A stretch of 64,000 nt of DNA from an uncultured candidate division Zixibacteria bacterium. GTDB taxonomy: Bacteria; Zixibacteria; MSB-5A5; GN15; FEB-12. Positions 48,884-59,554 of this stretch are shown piece by piece (the stretch's first letter is position 1; each line of letters begins with the position of its first letter). A program made the translations under genes and the position numbers. The notes under the pieces are model-generated. The model had not been told where the DNA came from and did no database searches. It worked only from the letters and a program-made list of their open reading frames with translations. The stretch spans positions 864,001 to 928,000 of the forward strand of contig CAWDXE010000007.1 of assembly GCA_963806185.1 (NCBI GenBank), given 5' to 3'.

Positions 48884-50901
48884 CTATTTCACCAATGCCA
48901 GAAGGTCTACTCCCTTTGTGCGATATGTTCTGCTGAGACACCGAATTTTCGAATCAGTTGCCAGGGTTGGCCGGACTCGCCGAAGCGATCATTGACGCCG
49001 ATCATAGCCAGGGGTACCCGCCGACCGTCGAGTTCGCGAGCCGTACAAATAACACCGGCAACCTGATTGCCCAGACCGCCGACCTGATGTTCTTCGGCGG
49101 TGATCACGGCGCCTGTTTCTTTCGCGGCGCGGATAATAGCCGCCTTGTCGAGCGGCTTGACGGTGTGCATGTTGATCACGCGGGTTTCGACTCCAAATTC
49201 GATTTTGAGAATATACGCAGAGCGGAGTGCTTCCGCCAGTTCCGGCCCGCAGGCAATGATGGACAGTGCTTCATTTTCGTCGGTATAGTCGGCGGTACGG
49301 CAAATGTCGAAGGCGTCGACAAAGAGAGTGGTTTCGCGGCGAAACCGATAGATATTCGCCAGGCCAAAATGGAAGGGGGTGTCGGGCTTGGTCACAAGCG
49401 GAGTGGCTTCACGGGCAAAGCGAAGATATTTCGGCCCATTGATATCGAACAGCATGGCCCGGGTCATTTTCTCGGTTTCGATCGAGTCGCAGGGAACGCC
49501 GACGTGCATGTTGGGCAGCCCGCACATCTGAAAGAGTGACTCCAGTTCCTGATGGGTGGCGCCGTCGGGACCGACCGAAATGCCACCGTGAGCACCGGCG
49601 ATAAAGACGTTCAGGTTCGCATAGCAGACGGATACGCGAATCTGGTCGAGATTGCGGGCTGAGGCAAAGACGCCGTAAGTGCCAAAGACCGGCAGTTTGC
49701 CTTCTTTGGCGAGGCCGGCGGCGATCGTGGTCGCATTTTGTTCGGCAATGCCGATCGAAATAAAGCGGTGTTTGCGCTCAGGATGGTCTTTGTAGAAATC
49801 GGCTATGGCAATCGATTCGGAGATGTCGGCGCCGAGGCAGACGACGCGGTTATCGTTACCGTATTTATTCAGGGCACGGCCAAACCCTTTACGGGTTGGG
49901 TCCATTTCCGCGCGCATTGAATCGCCGCTATTCCACCAGTAATTGCGGGAGAATTTGGGCAGTGCGGTGGCCAGGTCGGCCTCTACCTTATGCTGGTATT
50001 TCTTGCCGTGCTCAAGCAGGAGGTCGGGAGTGAATTGGCTCTCGACGTGGAGATCGGAAAGGCATTGATCGAGTTGTTCGCGATTGGGAGGTTTGCCGTG
50101 CCACCCGACAACGTCTTCCATAAAGGAGACGCCTCGCCCCTTATGCGTGTGGCAGATGAGGGCGACGGGGCGTTCCATGTTATTGCTGTTACGCGTCCAG
50201 TCGAGCTTGGCGACGATATCGGACATGTTGTGGCCGTTGACATCGATCACATGCCAGCCGAAGGCGCGGTATTTTTCATCGAGCGGGTCGATGTTCATGA
50301 CCTCGCTGGTCGGGCCGTCGATCTGGAGGCGGTTTTTGTCAATAATCAGGATCAGGTTGTCGAGGCCGTGGTGAGCAGCGGCCATGGCGGCCTCCCAGAC
50401 TGAGCCCTCCTGCTGCTCGCCGTCGGTGGAGATGACAAAGGTGCGGTAGTCTTTTTGATCGAGTTTGGCGGCAAGGGCGATGCCGACGGCGACGGAGAAG
50501 CCTTGACCAAGGGAGCCGGACGAAATCTCGACACCCGGGAGGTCACGCCAGTGCGGGTGCCCTTGAAGGGGTGAGCCGAGCATGCGAAGTGTCATCAACT
50601 CTTTCTCATGAAAGTAGCCGGAGACTGCCAGAGATGTGTAAAGGGCCGGGGCTTTGTGACCGGCGGACCAGACAATTCGATCGCGGTTGGCCCAGAAGGG
50701 ATCGCGCGGGTCGTGGCGAGCAATTTTCAGGTATAGGGCAGCGCAGATGTCCATGATGCCGAGGGTACCGCCGGAGTGACCGGAACCGGCCGAGCAGAGG
50801 GCGATCTGGTTAAGGCCTCGCATGTAGGCGGCCCGCTCAATGAGTTCGTCGATGGAATAATCGCGGACGATTTGGTTAGTGAGCGAGTCGACGAGGGGCA
50901 T
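48884..50901 (-). CDS. tkt: Transketolase, fused N- and C-terminal halves; probable indel near 48915
   Basis: SGHSGG, SAGHKAP, LQGHP, GSLGQG, DGEQQEG..WEA, D.N.LQIDG; GIAEQN, GPDGATHQ, TVKPLD, AEEH; as read it stops at 48907, but one added A gives QKGVDLLALVK* ending 48884. Confidence 0.9.
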
Positions 50902-50949
50902 GGCTACCTTTCATAACAGGCCGCAATGTGCTAAAAAGAGAGCGGACTG

Positions 50950-51543
50950 TCAATCAGGGAGTGCAATCCGTCGTTGCCAGAGCAGTTTAACTTGCTGTCG
51001 TAACTTATTGATATCATTGTTGTTGACGATAGTCGCATCGGAGCGACGGCGATATTCGGCGAGCGGCAACTGACGGCGCTGGCGCGAGCGAACGGCAGCC
51101 GGGGAGATGCCTCGAGCAGCCATCCGGCGAAGGCGGAGGGCCTGGGGGGCATCGACCAAGATCACCAGGTCAACCTCGCGGTCCATTTGCCAGTCCAGCA
51201 AAAGCGCAGCGTCGATCACCACGATCCGGTGTCTCTTCTGCTCAGTTTTGGCCTGACGGCGGAGTTCTTTAAGGAGATAAGGGTGAACCAGAACATTCAG
51301 AGCGGCGTGAGTCGATTCGGATTCGAAGGCACGTTCGGCGAGGAGAGATCGGTTCAAGCGACCGCGACTATCGAGAATATCGGCTCCAAACCTGCGAGCC
51401 AACTTACGGCGGAGCGGGGCGGACTGGTTGACGACGTCACGGCCGATCTGGTCGGCATCGATGATGTGCGCGCCGCGTTTGCGAAGCATGCCGGCGACGG
51501 TGCTCTTCCCCGCGCCGATTTGTCCAGTGAGGCCGATGAGCAT
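50950..51543 (-). CDS. coaE: Dephospho-CoA kinase
   Basis: IGLTGQIGAGKSTV, IDADQI, LNRSLLA..F, LVHP, DAALL. Confidence 0.95.
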   Translation of the reverse strand: MLIGLTGQIGAGKSTVAGMLRKRGAHIIDADQIGRDVVNQSAPLRRKLARRFGADILDSRGRLNRSLLAERAFESESTHAALNVLVHPYLLKELRRQAKTEQKRHRIVVIDAALLLDWQMDREVDLVILVDAPQALRLRRMAARGISPAAVRSRQRRQLPLAEYRRRSDATIVNNNDINKLRQQVKLLWQRRIALPD

Positions 51544-51599
51544 AACACGAAGCTACACCTGCGGCGGGCTGGTAGCAAGGATGAAACGAGACAGTCAAT

Positions 51600-52241
51600 C
51601 TACAGGGCGATGCGGAGGCTGAGCGCGATCGAGGTTGGGTTATAGTATTTCTGACTGATCTCGTAAATTGAACCGAAGGGCCGTCCGGGCGGATACGGCG
51701 AGAGAGGGTCAACGATGTATATTACATCGCTATGGTTGATGAGGTGGTTTAGCGACATTTCCAAGCCATAGCGCCCCACGAGGTTGATCACCACACCGCC
51801 GGCCAGCTCAATCCCGCTTTCACCGTGACTGCGGTGCAGATTTTCCCCCACGGTTCCGGTGTATTGCGAGGTATTCCATTTGAATTCGCCGAAGGGAGCG
51901 ACGCGCGCATGAGTCTCCTGCAGACGAATGCCGCCGGACAGCGACAGGATGTGGAGCTTCTGGGCTGTGTATACGTCGCTGGTAGTATTGCTGGAAGGCG
52001 CGTACTCAAGATCGCCGACGAGCGCGAACGGACCAAGAAGAGACCAGCGAAGGCCGAGGTGAGGCGAAGGGGATTGGTCGATGTACCTCTCTTCGTCAAC
52101 GCGATAGTTTATCCCCACGACTAAATGCCAATTATCGGAGCTGGACTGTACGCGCGAAGATTCATAGCTGGTGTCCCAATCGTCACCCGCAAAACATGTG
52201 GTTGAGAATAGGAGCACGATTGTGGCGAAAAGATATCGCAT
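51600..52241 (-). CDS. Hypothetical exported beta-strand-rich (outer membrane-like) protein
   Basis: Signal peptide (TTCFA), alternating strands, C-terminal LSLRIAL. Confidence 0.55.
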   Translation of the reverse strand: MRYLFATIVLLFSTTCFAGDDWDTSYESSRVQSSSDNWHLVVGINYRVDEERYIDQSPSPHLGLRWSLLGPFALVGDLEYAPSSNTTSDVYTAQKLHILSLSGGIRLQETHARVAPFGEFKWNTSQYTGTVGENLHRSHGESGIELAGGVVINLVGRYGLEMSLNHLINHSDVIYIVDPLSPYPPGRPFGSIYEISQKYYNPTSIALSLRIAL

Positions 52242-52394
52242 GAGATTTTCCTCCTACTACGAGGAAATGACGGGTCAACAAGGGAATCGTGCAAGAGGTT
52301 TTTTGCGGAGGCGAATTGTCCGGTGGGCGGAGGCGAGTCGCCCTTTGAGGGGGCTCGGAGTGTCGCATTGCAGCATCCGAAGGGAATATGAAGA

Positions 52395-52632
52395 CCGTCA
52401 GGTCACACGACGCTAAGAAGCGTCGCAGGACCTGACGGAACCTGCACCGTCAGGCGCGGGGCCTCATGGCATGAGAATCTGACCGAAGAAACGCTCGGCG
52501 CACGAGACGTACGCCGCGCAGAAGAAAACTGAGAGATCGCCACGGCTCGAAGCGAGCCTCGCGATGACAATGAATTCATCGAAAGTGCGGTGGACACTGA
52601 GGTCCTGAATCATAAGAATGATTCAGGATGAC
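52395..52632. repeat. Third cluster of palindromic elements, downstream of polA
   Basis: CCGTCAGGTC..GACCTGACGG (52395-52438); GGCGCACGAGACGTACGCC (52497); GAGATCGCCACGGCTCGAAGCGAGCCTCGCGATGAC (52533); TCCTGAATCAT-AAGA-ATGATTCAGGATGAC (52603). Confidence 0.82.
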
Positions 52633-52658
52633 AATTTGGTTGGCGTGATACGAAATGA

Positions 52659-55397
52659 TTAGCTTTTGGCTTCGAGCCAGTTGGGGCCGGCGCCCATGTC
52701 GGCGATGACGGGGACCTTCAGCTTCACTGCCTTCTCCATGCCGTCCTTCACGATCTTCTTCACCTGATCAAGTTCAGACTTGTGAACGTCGAAGATGAGT
52801 TCGTCGTGCACCTGCAGAACCATGCGGGACTTCATGCCTTCAAGCGCTTTGTGAATCTTGATCATCGCAACCTTGATAATGTCGGCGGCGCTGCCCTGAA
52901 TAGGGGTGTTGATGGCGGCACGTTCGGCAAACTGGCGGACCTGGAAATTCTTATCGTTGATCTCCGGCAGGTACCGGCGGCGATTGTACATGGTGGTAAC
53001 GAACCCGTTTTCGCGGGCGAACGCCTTGGTTTCCTCGATGTAGGTGTGGATGCCGGGATAGGTCTTGAAGTAAGCGTCGATGAACTCCTTTGCCTTCTCC
53101 ACGGTCATATCAGTCTGGTTGGAAAGGCCGTAGGCGGAGACGCCGTAGATCACGGAGAAATTGGTGGTCTTGGCAACACGGCGCTGGTCGGAGGTTACAT
53201 CTTTGATGTCGACGCCGAAAACGTTGGCCGCAGTGCGGGCGTGGATATCCTCTCCCCTCTTGAAGGCCTGCACCAGGCCGGGGTCGGAGGTATAGTGAGC
53301 GAGGATGCGCAGTTCGATCTGCGAGTAATCGGCGGTGAGCAGCACATGGTCATCGTCGCGCGGGATAAAGGCTTTGCGGATCTCGCGACCTTCCTCCGTG
53401 CGGACCGGGATATTCTGGAGGTTGGGATCGGTTGACGACAACCGACCACTGGCGGCTATCGTCTGATTGAAGCTCGTGTGCAGGCGGCCGGTGCGAGCGT
53501 TGACCAGTTTGGGCAGAGCGTCGACGTAGGTGCTCTTGAGTTTCCCGAGCTGGCGGAAATCGAGGATGAGTTTCGGGAACGGATGAACGCGGGCCAGCTC
53601 CTCGAGCACACTGACGTCGGTGGAGTAGCCGGTCCCCTTGGCAGTCTTCCCCTTGGTCGGCAGATTGAGTTTTTCGAAGAGAATATGCGAGAGCTGCTGG
53701 GTGGAATTGATATTGAATTCCATGCCGACCATCTTGAAGATCTGAGCGCGCAGGTTTTCAATCTTGGCGTCCATCTCGTTGGAAAGCGCCAGCAGGAACG
53801 AGGAGTCGATGCGGATACCTTCCATTTCCATGTCGGCGAGTACTTTGATCAACGGGAGTTCGATGTTGTAATAGAGATTCTGCAGTTCGTACCGTTCGAT
53901 TTCCGGCGCAAGGACGCCGCGCAAGCGGAAGGTGAAGTCGGCGTCGGCACCGGAGTAGCGCGTGGCCTGATCGACGGGAACGGTGTCGAAGGTTTTCTGA
54001 TTGCGGCCGGTGCCGATCAGTTCGGTGATCTCCTGCATCTTGTGGTCGAAATGCTTCATCGCCAGATAATCGAGCGAGTGCTGACGTCCAGACGGATTGA
54101 GCACGTAGGAGGCGATCATTGTATCGAAGGAGAGTGGGTCGACGTCGATGCCGTGACGGGACAATACCTCGAAATCGTACTTTATGTTTTGCCCGATCTT
54201 CTGAACGCGAGGATTCTCGAGAAGCTTTTTCAACAGCTCAATAGCCTCGTCGAACGGGAGGTTCTTTTTCGGATCGCTGGTGTGCCTCAGCGGCACATAG
54301 TAGCCAAAACGGGCGTGATCGGTGAGTGATACCCCCACCAGTTCGGCGTCAAGGGTATCGAGGGACGAGGTTTCGGTATCGACGGCGATTTCACGCTTCT
54401 TGGCGAAGTCGGTAACGATCTTCTTCAGTTCTTTGATAGAGCCAACAGTGTGATACTCGGCGGCCGGGCCGGTCGGCCTAGCGTCGAGATCGAGTTCCAA
54501 TGCGGGCGCACCGGAATCGGCCGGCTGGAGCTGCTTGAGGAGCGCAGTAAACTCGAGTTCCATGAACAGCTTCTTGGCCTTCTCGTAGTCCATGGGGCGG
54601 CGCTTGAGGGCATCAAGATCGAGCTCGACCGGAACGTCGGTGGCGAGCGTGACGAGGTCCTTTGACATGAGGGCCAGATCAACGTTTTTGGCGATCTTCT
54701 CCCTCGTTCCCTTGGCCTTGATCTTGTCGAGGTTGGCGAGAATGTTGTCGAGAGTGCCAAACTCGGCGAGGAGCTGTTCGGCAGTTTTCGGTCCGATGCC
54801 CGGCACGCCGGGGACATTATCAGAGGCATCACCCATCAGCGCTAGTTTGTCGATGACCTGATTGGCCTCGACGCCGAATTTCGCCTTAACGCCGTCGGGA
54901 CCGATCCGTTCGGGTTGTTCGGCGAGCTTGCGCGGATTGTAGAGTCGGATGTTGTCGTTGACGAGTTGGAGATAGTCTTTGTCGCCGGTAACACACCAGA
55001 CGAGAATACCCTCTTTGGCGGCCTTCAGAGCGAGAGTGCCGACAATATCGTCGGCTTCATAGCCGGGCAGTTCATACGAGGGAATGTTGAGGGCCTGGAC
55101 GCATTCGCGGACGCGCGGGAGCTGGACGACCAGTTCCTCGGGCATTTTCGCGCGCGTGGATTTGTACTCGGCGTACTTCTCGTGCCGGAACGTGGGCGCT
55201 TTGCTGTCGAAGACGACGCCGAAGTAGTCCGGGGTTTCCTCACGCAAAATCTTCATCAGCGAACTGATGAAGCCGTAGGCCGCGGAGGTGTTCTCCCCTT
55301 TTGAGTTGATCAAGGGGTTGCGAAGGAAAGCAAAATAGGCCCGGTAGAAGATGGCCGAGCCGTCAATCAGGTACAATGTTCTCTGTTTTTGTGTCAT
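52659..55397 (-). CDS. polA: DNA polymerase I
   Basis: LIDGS..YRAYFA, EADD, GD.SDNVPGVPGIG.KTA, DTET, GRLSSTDPNLQNIP, ADYSQIELR, N.PIQGSAAD, QVHDEL. Confidence 0.98.
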   Translation of the reverse strand: MTQKQRTLYLIDGSAIFYRAYFAFLRNPLINSKGENTSAAYGFISSLMKILREETPDYFGVVFDSKAPTFRHEKYAEYKSTRAKMPEELVVQLPRVRECVQALNIPSYELPGYEADDIVGTLALKAAKEGILVWCVTGDKDYLQLVNDNIRLYNPRKLAEQPERIGPDGVKAKFGVEANQVIDKLALMGDASDNVPGVPGIGPKTAEQLLAEFGTLDNILANLDKIKAKGTREKIAKNVDLALMSKDLVTLATDVPVELDLDALKRRPMDYEKAKKLFMELEFTALLKQLQPADSGAPALELDLDARPTGPAAEYHTVGSIKELKKIVTDFAKKREIAVDTETSSLDTLDAELVGVSLTDHARFGYYVPLRHTSDPKKNLPFDEAIELLKKLLENPRVQKIGQNIKYDFEVLSRHGIDVDPLSFDTMIASYVLNPSGRQHSLDYLAMKHFDHKMQEITELIGTGRNQKTFDTVPVDQATRYSGADADFTFRLRGVLAPEIERYELQNLYYNIELPLIKVLADMEMEGIRIDSSFLLALSNEMDAKIENLRAQIFKMVGMEFNINSTQQLSHILFEKLNLPTKGKTAKGTGYSTDVSVLEELARVHPFPKLILDFRQLGKLKSTYVDALPKLVNARTGRLHTSFNQTIAASGRLSSTDPNLQNIPVRTEEGREIRKAFIPRDDDHVLLTADYSQIELRILAHYTSDPGLVQAFKRGEDIHARTAANVFGVDIKDVTSDQRRVAKTTNFSVIYGVSAYGLSNQTDMTVEKAKEFIDAYFKTYPGIHTYIEETKAFARENGFVTTMYNRRRYLPEINDKNFQVRQFAERAAINTPIQGSAADIIKVAMIKIHKALEGMKSRMVLQVHDELIFDVHKSELDQVKKIVKDGMEKAVKLKVPVIADMGAGPNWLEAKS

Positions 55398-56017
55398 TGG
55401 TAGAGTCGATTTTCGATAATGTACTTCGCCACCGCGTCAGGTACCAGCGCCGACAGTTGTAGGGCTGACCAGCCTTCGCGAACGGACTGGCGGACCCGGG
55501 TCGAAGAGACATCGACCGGGCGCGTTTCAGTGAATCGAATATTGTATTTGGCCGACTGAGCTGAGTTGTGGAAATAGCCGGGGCGGGCACCGGCGACGAT
55601 GGTGATCTCGCGCAACAGCTCCTCCGGCTTGTACCAGGTGGAGAATTGTTCCAGTTGGTCGGCACCGATGAGAAAGGTGAAACGAACGCCGGCGTGTGCG
55701 GCTTTGAGAGCGCGCACGACGTTGAGTGTGTACGCGGGCTTGTCCATATCGGCTTCAATGCGATCGATCACACAATAGTCCCTATCGGCAAAGGCGAGTT
55801 CCAGCATGGTGCAGCGATGTTCAAAAGAAGCGTGCGGGGACTGCGCGCGGTGCGGCGGCTTGATGCCGGGAACCAGGAGGACGCCAGCAAGGTGTTCAGC
55901 CGTCCGGAGATCGTCGGCCAAAGTCAAATGCCCCCTGTGCACGGGGTCGAACATGCCGCCAAAGATGCCCCAGTTTCCGACGATCGTCTCAGGAGCCGGT
56001 TTTGGTTTCCTGTTCAT
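55394..56017 (-). CDS. nadD: Nicotinate-nucleotide adenylyltransferase
   Basis: GIFGGMFDPVHRGH, PPHR, FLIGAD, W, VSSTRVR. Confidence 0.95.
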   Translation of the reverse strand: MNRKPKPAPETIVGNWGIFGGMFDPVHRGHLTLADDLRTAEHLAGVLLVPGIKPPHRAQSPHASFEHRCTMLELAFADRDYCVIDRIEADMDKPAYTLNVVRALKAAHAGVRFTFLIGADQLEQFSTWYKPEELLREITIVAGARPGYFHNSAQSAKYNIRFTETRPVDVSSTRVRQSVREGWSALQLSALVPDAVAKYIIENRLYQ

Positions 56018-56924
56018 GGGTAACCGGTGCTTCCTTTATCCTGGCCAGCAGTTCGTCGGCATGCTTAATCTGCTCACTGGCCGGGTAGTCGTGTTTGAGC
56101 GATTCCAGCCTGGTCTGGGCGGTTTGCAGATCGCCTTTGGTGAAAGCGACTTCGGCTGCCTTGAAGGTCGACTTGGCGGCCAGCTCTTTCGCTTTGGGCG
56201 TCCACTGGTGGTCGGGGTAGATTCGGGCGAAGCTGTCGAATTTATCCCGGGCGAGATCGTAGTTCCTCATTTTGTACTCGCCTTCGGCGATGCTAAAGAT
56301 TGCCCGCGTGGCCGGCTCGGTGCTGGTATATTCGTCAATGACCTTCTGGTAATAGATGCCGGCGGCTTTGTGGTTACCAAGGCGGGTATACACCAGTGCG
56401 GCGTTAAAGAGCTTGGTGGCCATGCGCGTTTTGGCGATGGTCAGGTATTTCTGAGCGTCGGGAATCATTTCGGATTCCGGGTGATCGATGAGAAAATCCT
56501 CGAACAACTGGATCGATTTGGTGAGGTCGGATTGATCGAGGCCGGGTGAATTGGGTGTGCTCTCGTAGAAAGCAGCGGCCTTCATGAACTGGGCACTGGT
56601 GGCGTATTTGGACGTGGGGTAATTGAGGGTGAGGCGGTTGAATTCAACCCCGGCCAGTTGGTATTCTCTGTTGCTGTAATAGGAAAGCGCCAGGTAGTAC
56701 TGGGCGGTGTCAACGATGTTCTCGCCGGGGAAATTGTAGACGATTTGCTGAAAGACCTCGACAGCGCGCACAAACCTCTCTTTGTCATAGGCCTCCTTGC
56801 CCAGGCGCCAGAGTTCGGACGCGGGCTTTCCGGTGAGAGACGGCGGGCCGCCGCAACCGGCGAATGAAAGTACCAGTGCGGTCAGAACGGCACCGATGAA
56901 CCAGCCAACACGTGTTCTGCTCAA
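55989..56924 (-). CDS. bamD: Outer membrane protein assembly factor BamD (TPR lipoprotein)
   Basis: Lipobox FAGC, TPR helices, LDQSD..K.I..F..F...HP.S. Confidence 0.85.
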   Translation of the reverse strand: MSRTRVGWFIGAVLTALVLSFAGCGGPPSLTGKPASELWRLGKEAYDKERFVRAVEVFQQIVYNFPGENIVDTAQYYLALSYYSNREYQLAGVEFNRLTLNYPTSKYATSAQFMKAAAFYESTPNSPGLDQSDLTKSIQLFEDFLIDHPESEMIPDAQKYLTIAKTRMATKLFNAALVYTRLGNHKAAGIYYQKVIDEYTSTEPATRAIFSIAEGEYKMRNYDLARDKFDSFARIYPDHQWTPKAKELAAKSTFKAAEVAFTKGDLQTAQTRLESLKHDYPASEQIKHADELLARIKEAPVTHEQETKTGS

Positions 56925-57565
56925 ACCTGATAATTCTCCTTGAGCATTTTGTAGTTTTCCATGACGCGGTTGATGTACTTGCTCGGTAATTTTTCGCCGC
57001 GGCTGAGCATACCGCGCAGCCTGGTTTCGCCGACGTTGTAGGCGATGAGCGCTTTCTTGACATCGCGGAATTTCAGCAGTTGTTCAAACAGGTAGAAGCT
57101 GCCGATGCGGACATTGGTTTCGGGTTGCTGCAGGGTCGCCAGTCCCTCCCAATCGACTCCGGCCCGGGGAGCGACGTCGGCGCCAACGTAGGGAATCATC
57201 TGCATGAGTCCCTGGGCTCCTTTCTCGGAGACCTGATGCTTTTTGAGTGACGATTCGGTGAGGATGACCGCCAGGATGAACATGGGATCGTATTCGTACT
57301 TCTTGCTTTCGCTGTAGATGACGTTGGTGAGCGTCTTCACCTCTTCCTCATTGAAGCCGATCTGGAAATCGTCGATCGCGCGGAAGATCTGCAGCTTCTC
57401 CTCCAGCTCCGTGATTCGCGTACGCTGGTAGGAAATCTGTTTCTCCAGATCAAGGCGGTTGTCGATCAAATAGACCAGAGCGCCCGTTTGCACCAGATAT
57501 ATGAGCATCAATAACAGCGCTACCGGCTTGGAAAGAAAGATACCGAGTTTATCAATGTGTATCAT
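56921..57565 (-). CDS. Membrane-anchored lytic transglycosylase (SLT domain)
   Basis: AVILTESS, SEKGAQGLMQ, N.RIG..YL, ALIAYNVG; N-terminal TM + coiled coil. Confidence 0.88.
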   Translation of the reverse strand: MIHIDKLGIFLSKPVALLLMLIYLVQTGALVYLIDNRLDLEKQISYQRTRITELEEKLQIFRAIDDFQIGFNEEEVKTLTNVIYSESKKYEYDPMFILAVILTESSLKKHQVSEKGAQGLMQMIPYVGADVAPRAGVDWEGLATLQQPETNVRIGSFYLFEQLLKFRDVKKALIAYNVGETRLRGMLSRGEKLPSKYINRVMENYKMLKENYQV

Positions 57566-58890
57566 GATGCAGGCTCCTGCTTGCAACCGAGTAAGTCGTA
57601 GCCATCGGCTGATTCTATGTAGACGCGACAGATGTCGCCCACGTTCAGATTGTCACCGCGCAGATGAACGGTCTGATCAATGTCGGGACAATCGCCCCAG
57701 CTACGCGCAACAGCGTTGCCCCGCGGGTCGACCTCATCGACAATGCATCGGATGGTGGTGCCCACTAGTTTCAAATTGTTGTCGAAGGCGATGTCGCGCT
57801 GGATGTTCATGAGTTGATCCATGCGCTCCGCCTTGGTTTCGTCGGAAATCTGATCGGGATAGGCGTTGGCCGGAGTACCGTCTTCGGGCGAATAGGCAAA
57901 CACGCCCATGCGGTCGAAGGCGAATTCGCCGACGAAGTCGCGCAGTTCGTCGAATTCGGCTTCGGTCTCACCCGGGAAGCCGACGATGAAAGTTGTGCGG
58001 GTGATACTCGGGACGCCGGTCTGGCGAATACGGTTGAGGAGGAATTCGATCTTGTCGCGACTGACCTGGCGACGCATACGCTGGAGCACGGGATCTGAGA
58101 TGTGCTGAAGCGGCAGATCATAGTAGGCGAGGGTCTTCGTGCCGGAGGCCATATAGTCAATTAACGCGCTTTCGAGATTGGCAGGGTACAAATACATCAG
58201 TCGAATCCAGTCAATACCTTCCATCTCATTGAGCGCCTTGAGAAGATCAACAACGCCCGGGCGCCCAGTGAGGTCATATCCCCACAAGGTTGCCTCCTGC
58301 GAGACGAGAATCAACTCCTTCTTTCCGTTTCGTGCCAGGAAGTGAGCTTCGTTGAGGATGGAGTCCAGCGGGCGGGAGCGGAATTTGCCGCGCATGCCGG
58401 GGATGGCACAGTAGGTGCACATCCGGTCGCAGCCATCGGAGATTTTCAGATATGAATACGGCAAGGGGTCGGATACATAGCGGCTGGTCCAGGAGACGTA
58501 AGCGAGCTTGCGGGATTCCATGCGGATTGTCTTCGGAATGCGGGCGGAAGTCGACACGGCCTGGGCGATCGACTGGAGGGCGCCATGGCCGAAGGCGCCG
58601 TCGAGCTCCGGCATGTCGCGCAGCATCTCGTCGCCATAACGCTGGGTGAGGCAGCCCGTGGCATAGAGAGTCTTGATATTGCCGTTCTTCTTCAGTTGCC
58701 CCAGGCGGAGGATTTCGTTGATGGATTCCTCTTTGGCGGGCAAGATGAAACCACAGGTATTGACGATGACCGAATCGGCGTCTTCCGGGTTAGGGGTCGG
58801 CAGATGGCCTTCGTCGATGAGCCGGGCGGAGATGTAATCGGCGTCCACGTCGTTTTTGGGACAGCCGAGTTTGTGCATGTAGAATTTCAT
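57562..58890 (-). CDS. rimO: Ribosomal protein S12 methylthiotransferase RimO
   Basis: LGCPKN.VD, VNTCGFI..AKEESI, KISDGCDRMCTYCAIP..RG, RTTFIVGFPGET, TRAM domain. Confidence 0.95.
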   Translation of the reverse strand: MKFYMHKLGCPKNDVDADYISARLIDEGHLPTPNPEDADSVIVNTCGFILPAKEESINEILRLGQLKKNGNIKTLYATGCLTQRYGDEMLRDMPELDGAFGHGALQSIAQAVSTSARIPKTIRMESRKLAYVSWTSRYVSDPLPYSYLKISDGCDRMCTYCAIPGMRGKFRSRPLDSILNEAHFLARNGKKELILVSQEATLWGYDLTGRPGVVDLLKALNEMEGIDWIRLMYLYPANLESALIDYMASGTKTLAYYDLPLQHISDPVLQRMRRQVSRDKIEFLLNRIRQTGVPSITRTTFIVGFPGETEAEFDELRDFVGEFAFDRMGVFAYSPEDGTPANAYPDQISDETKAERMDQLMNIQRDIAFDNNLKLVGTTIRCIVDEVDPRGNAVARSWGDCPDIDQTVHLRGDNLNVGDICRVYIESADGYDLLGCKQEPAS

Positions 58891-58900
58891 TACGGCCGCA

Positions 58901-59515
58901 TCAGTCCAACTCGATCACTTCAACCGAATCGGGGAAATCGGGCTGGAACTCCTTCTTGTCGCAAGCGACGTTGGTTTCCTGATTTCGGAAGACGATCCGA
59001 TTCAGGTCTCCGTTCTCGTCATAGTACTGCACTTCCGCCAACTTCGTCTTTCCGTTGGACAGATATACCACGAGGGAGTCGGGGATATTCTCGGTCCGTT
59101 CGGGCTTTTTCAACAGACGGTAGGCGGAATCAGGCCGTAATGTAACCGTTTTGTAGAATTCGTCAAGCCGAGTGATGAAGGAGATTTCACCGCCAAAGGA
59201 GGCGTTCTGAGGAACTTTCTCGACCGTAACCTGTTTGTTGTCAGCGGAATAGCTGAAGAGCCGGGTCCCTTCATAGAGATAGACATCGGCGCCGACTTCG
59301 ACCCGATAGCGGCCGTCCTTAGCCAGGGTCAGCAATCCGTCAGAGGTATCGGTCCGGTCAAACACGTCGGACTCCAAAATCGAGAAAAACGAAAGCCGCG
59401 TGCAGGTGGATTTGGCAAGGTCCTTTTTGAGGGCCGAAAAGTTGTCAGCCGAGGCTGCGCCGACTAACAAAAGAACAATGGCAGCGACTGTGATGACAGA
59501 TGAGAGCTTGGGCAT
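58901..59515 (-). CDS. lolA: Outer membrane lipoprotein carrier LolA-like protein
   Basis: Signal peptide, G.L......YR, Y.G..L.SY....KQV, F.P..P..VEVI; position downstream of ftsK; start uncertain. Confidence 0.65.
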   Translation of the reverse strand: MPKLSSVITVAAIVLLLVGAASADNFSALKKDLAKSTCTRLSFFSILESDVFDRTDTSDGLLTLAKDGRYRVEVGADVYLYEGTRLFSYSADNKQVTVEKVPQNASFGGEISFITRLDEFYKTVTLRPDSAYRLLKKPERTENIPDSLVVYLSNGKTKLAEVQYYDENGDLNRIVFRNQETNVACDKKEFQPDFPDSVEVIELD

Positions 59516-59554
59516 ATATCGCTTATACAATTAGAGTTAGCCGGAGTTCGGCAG

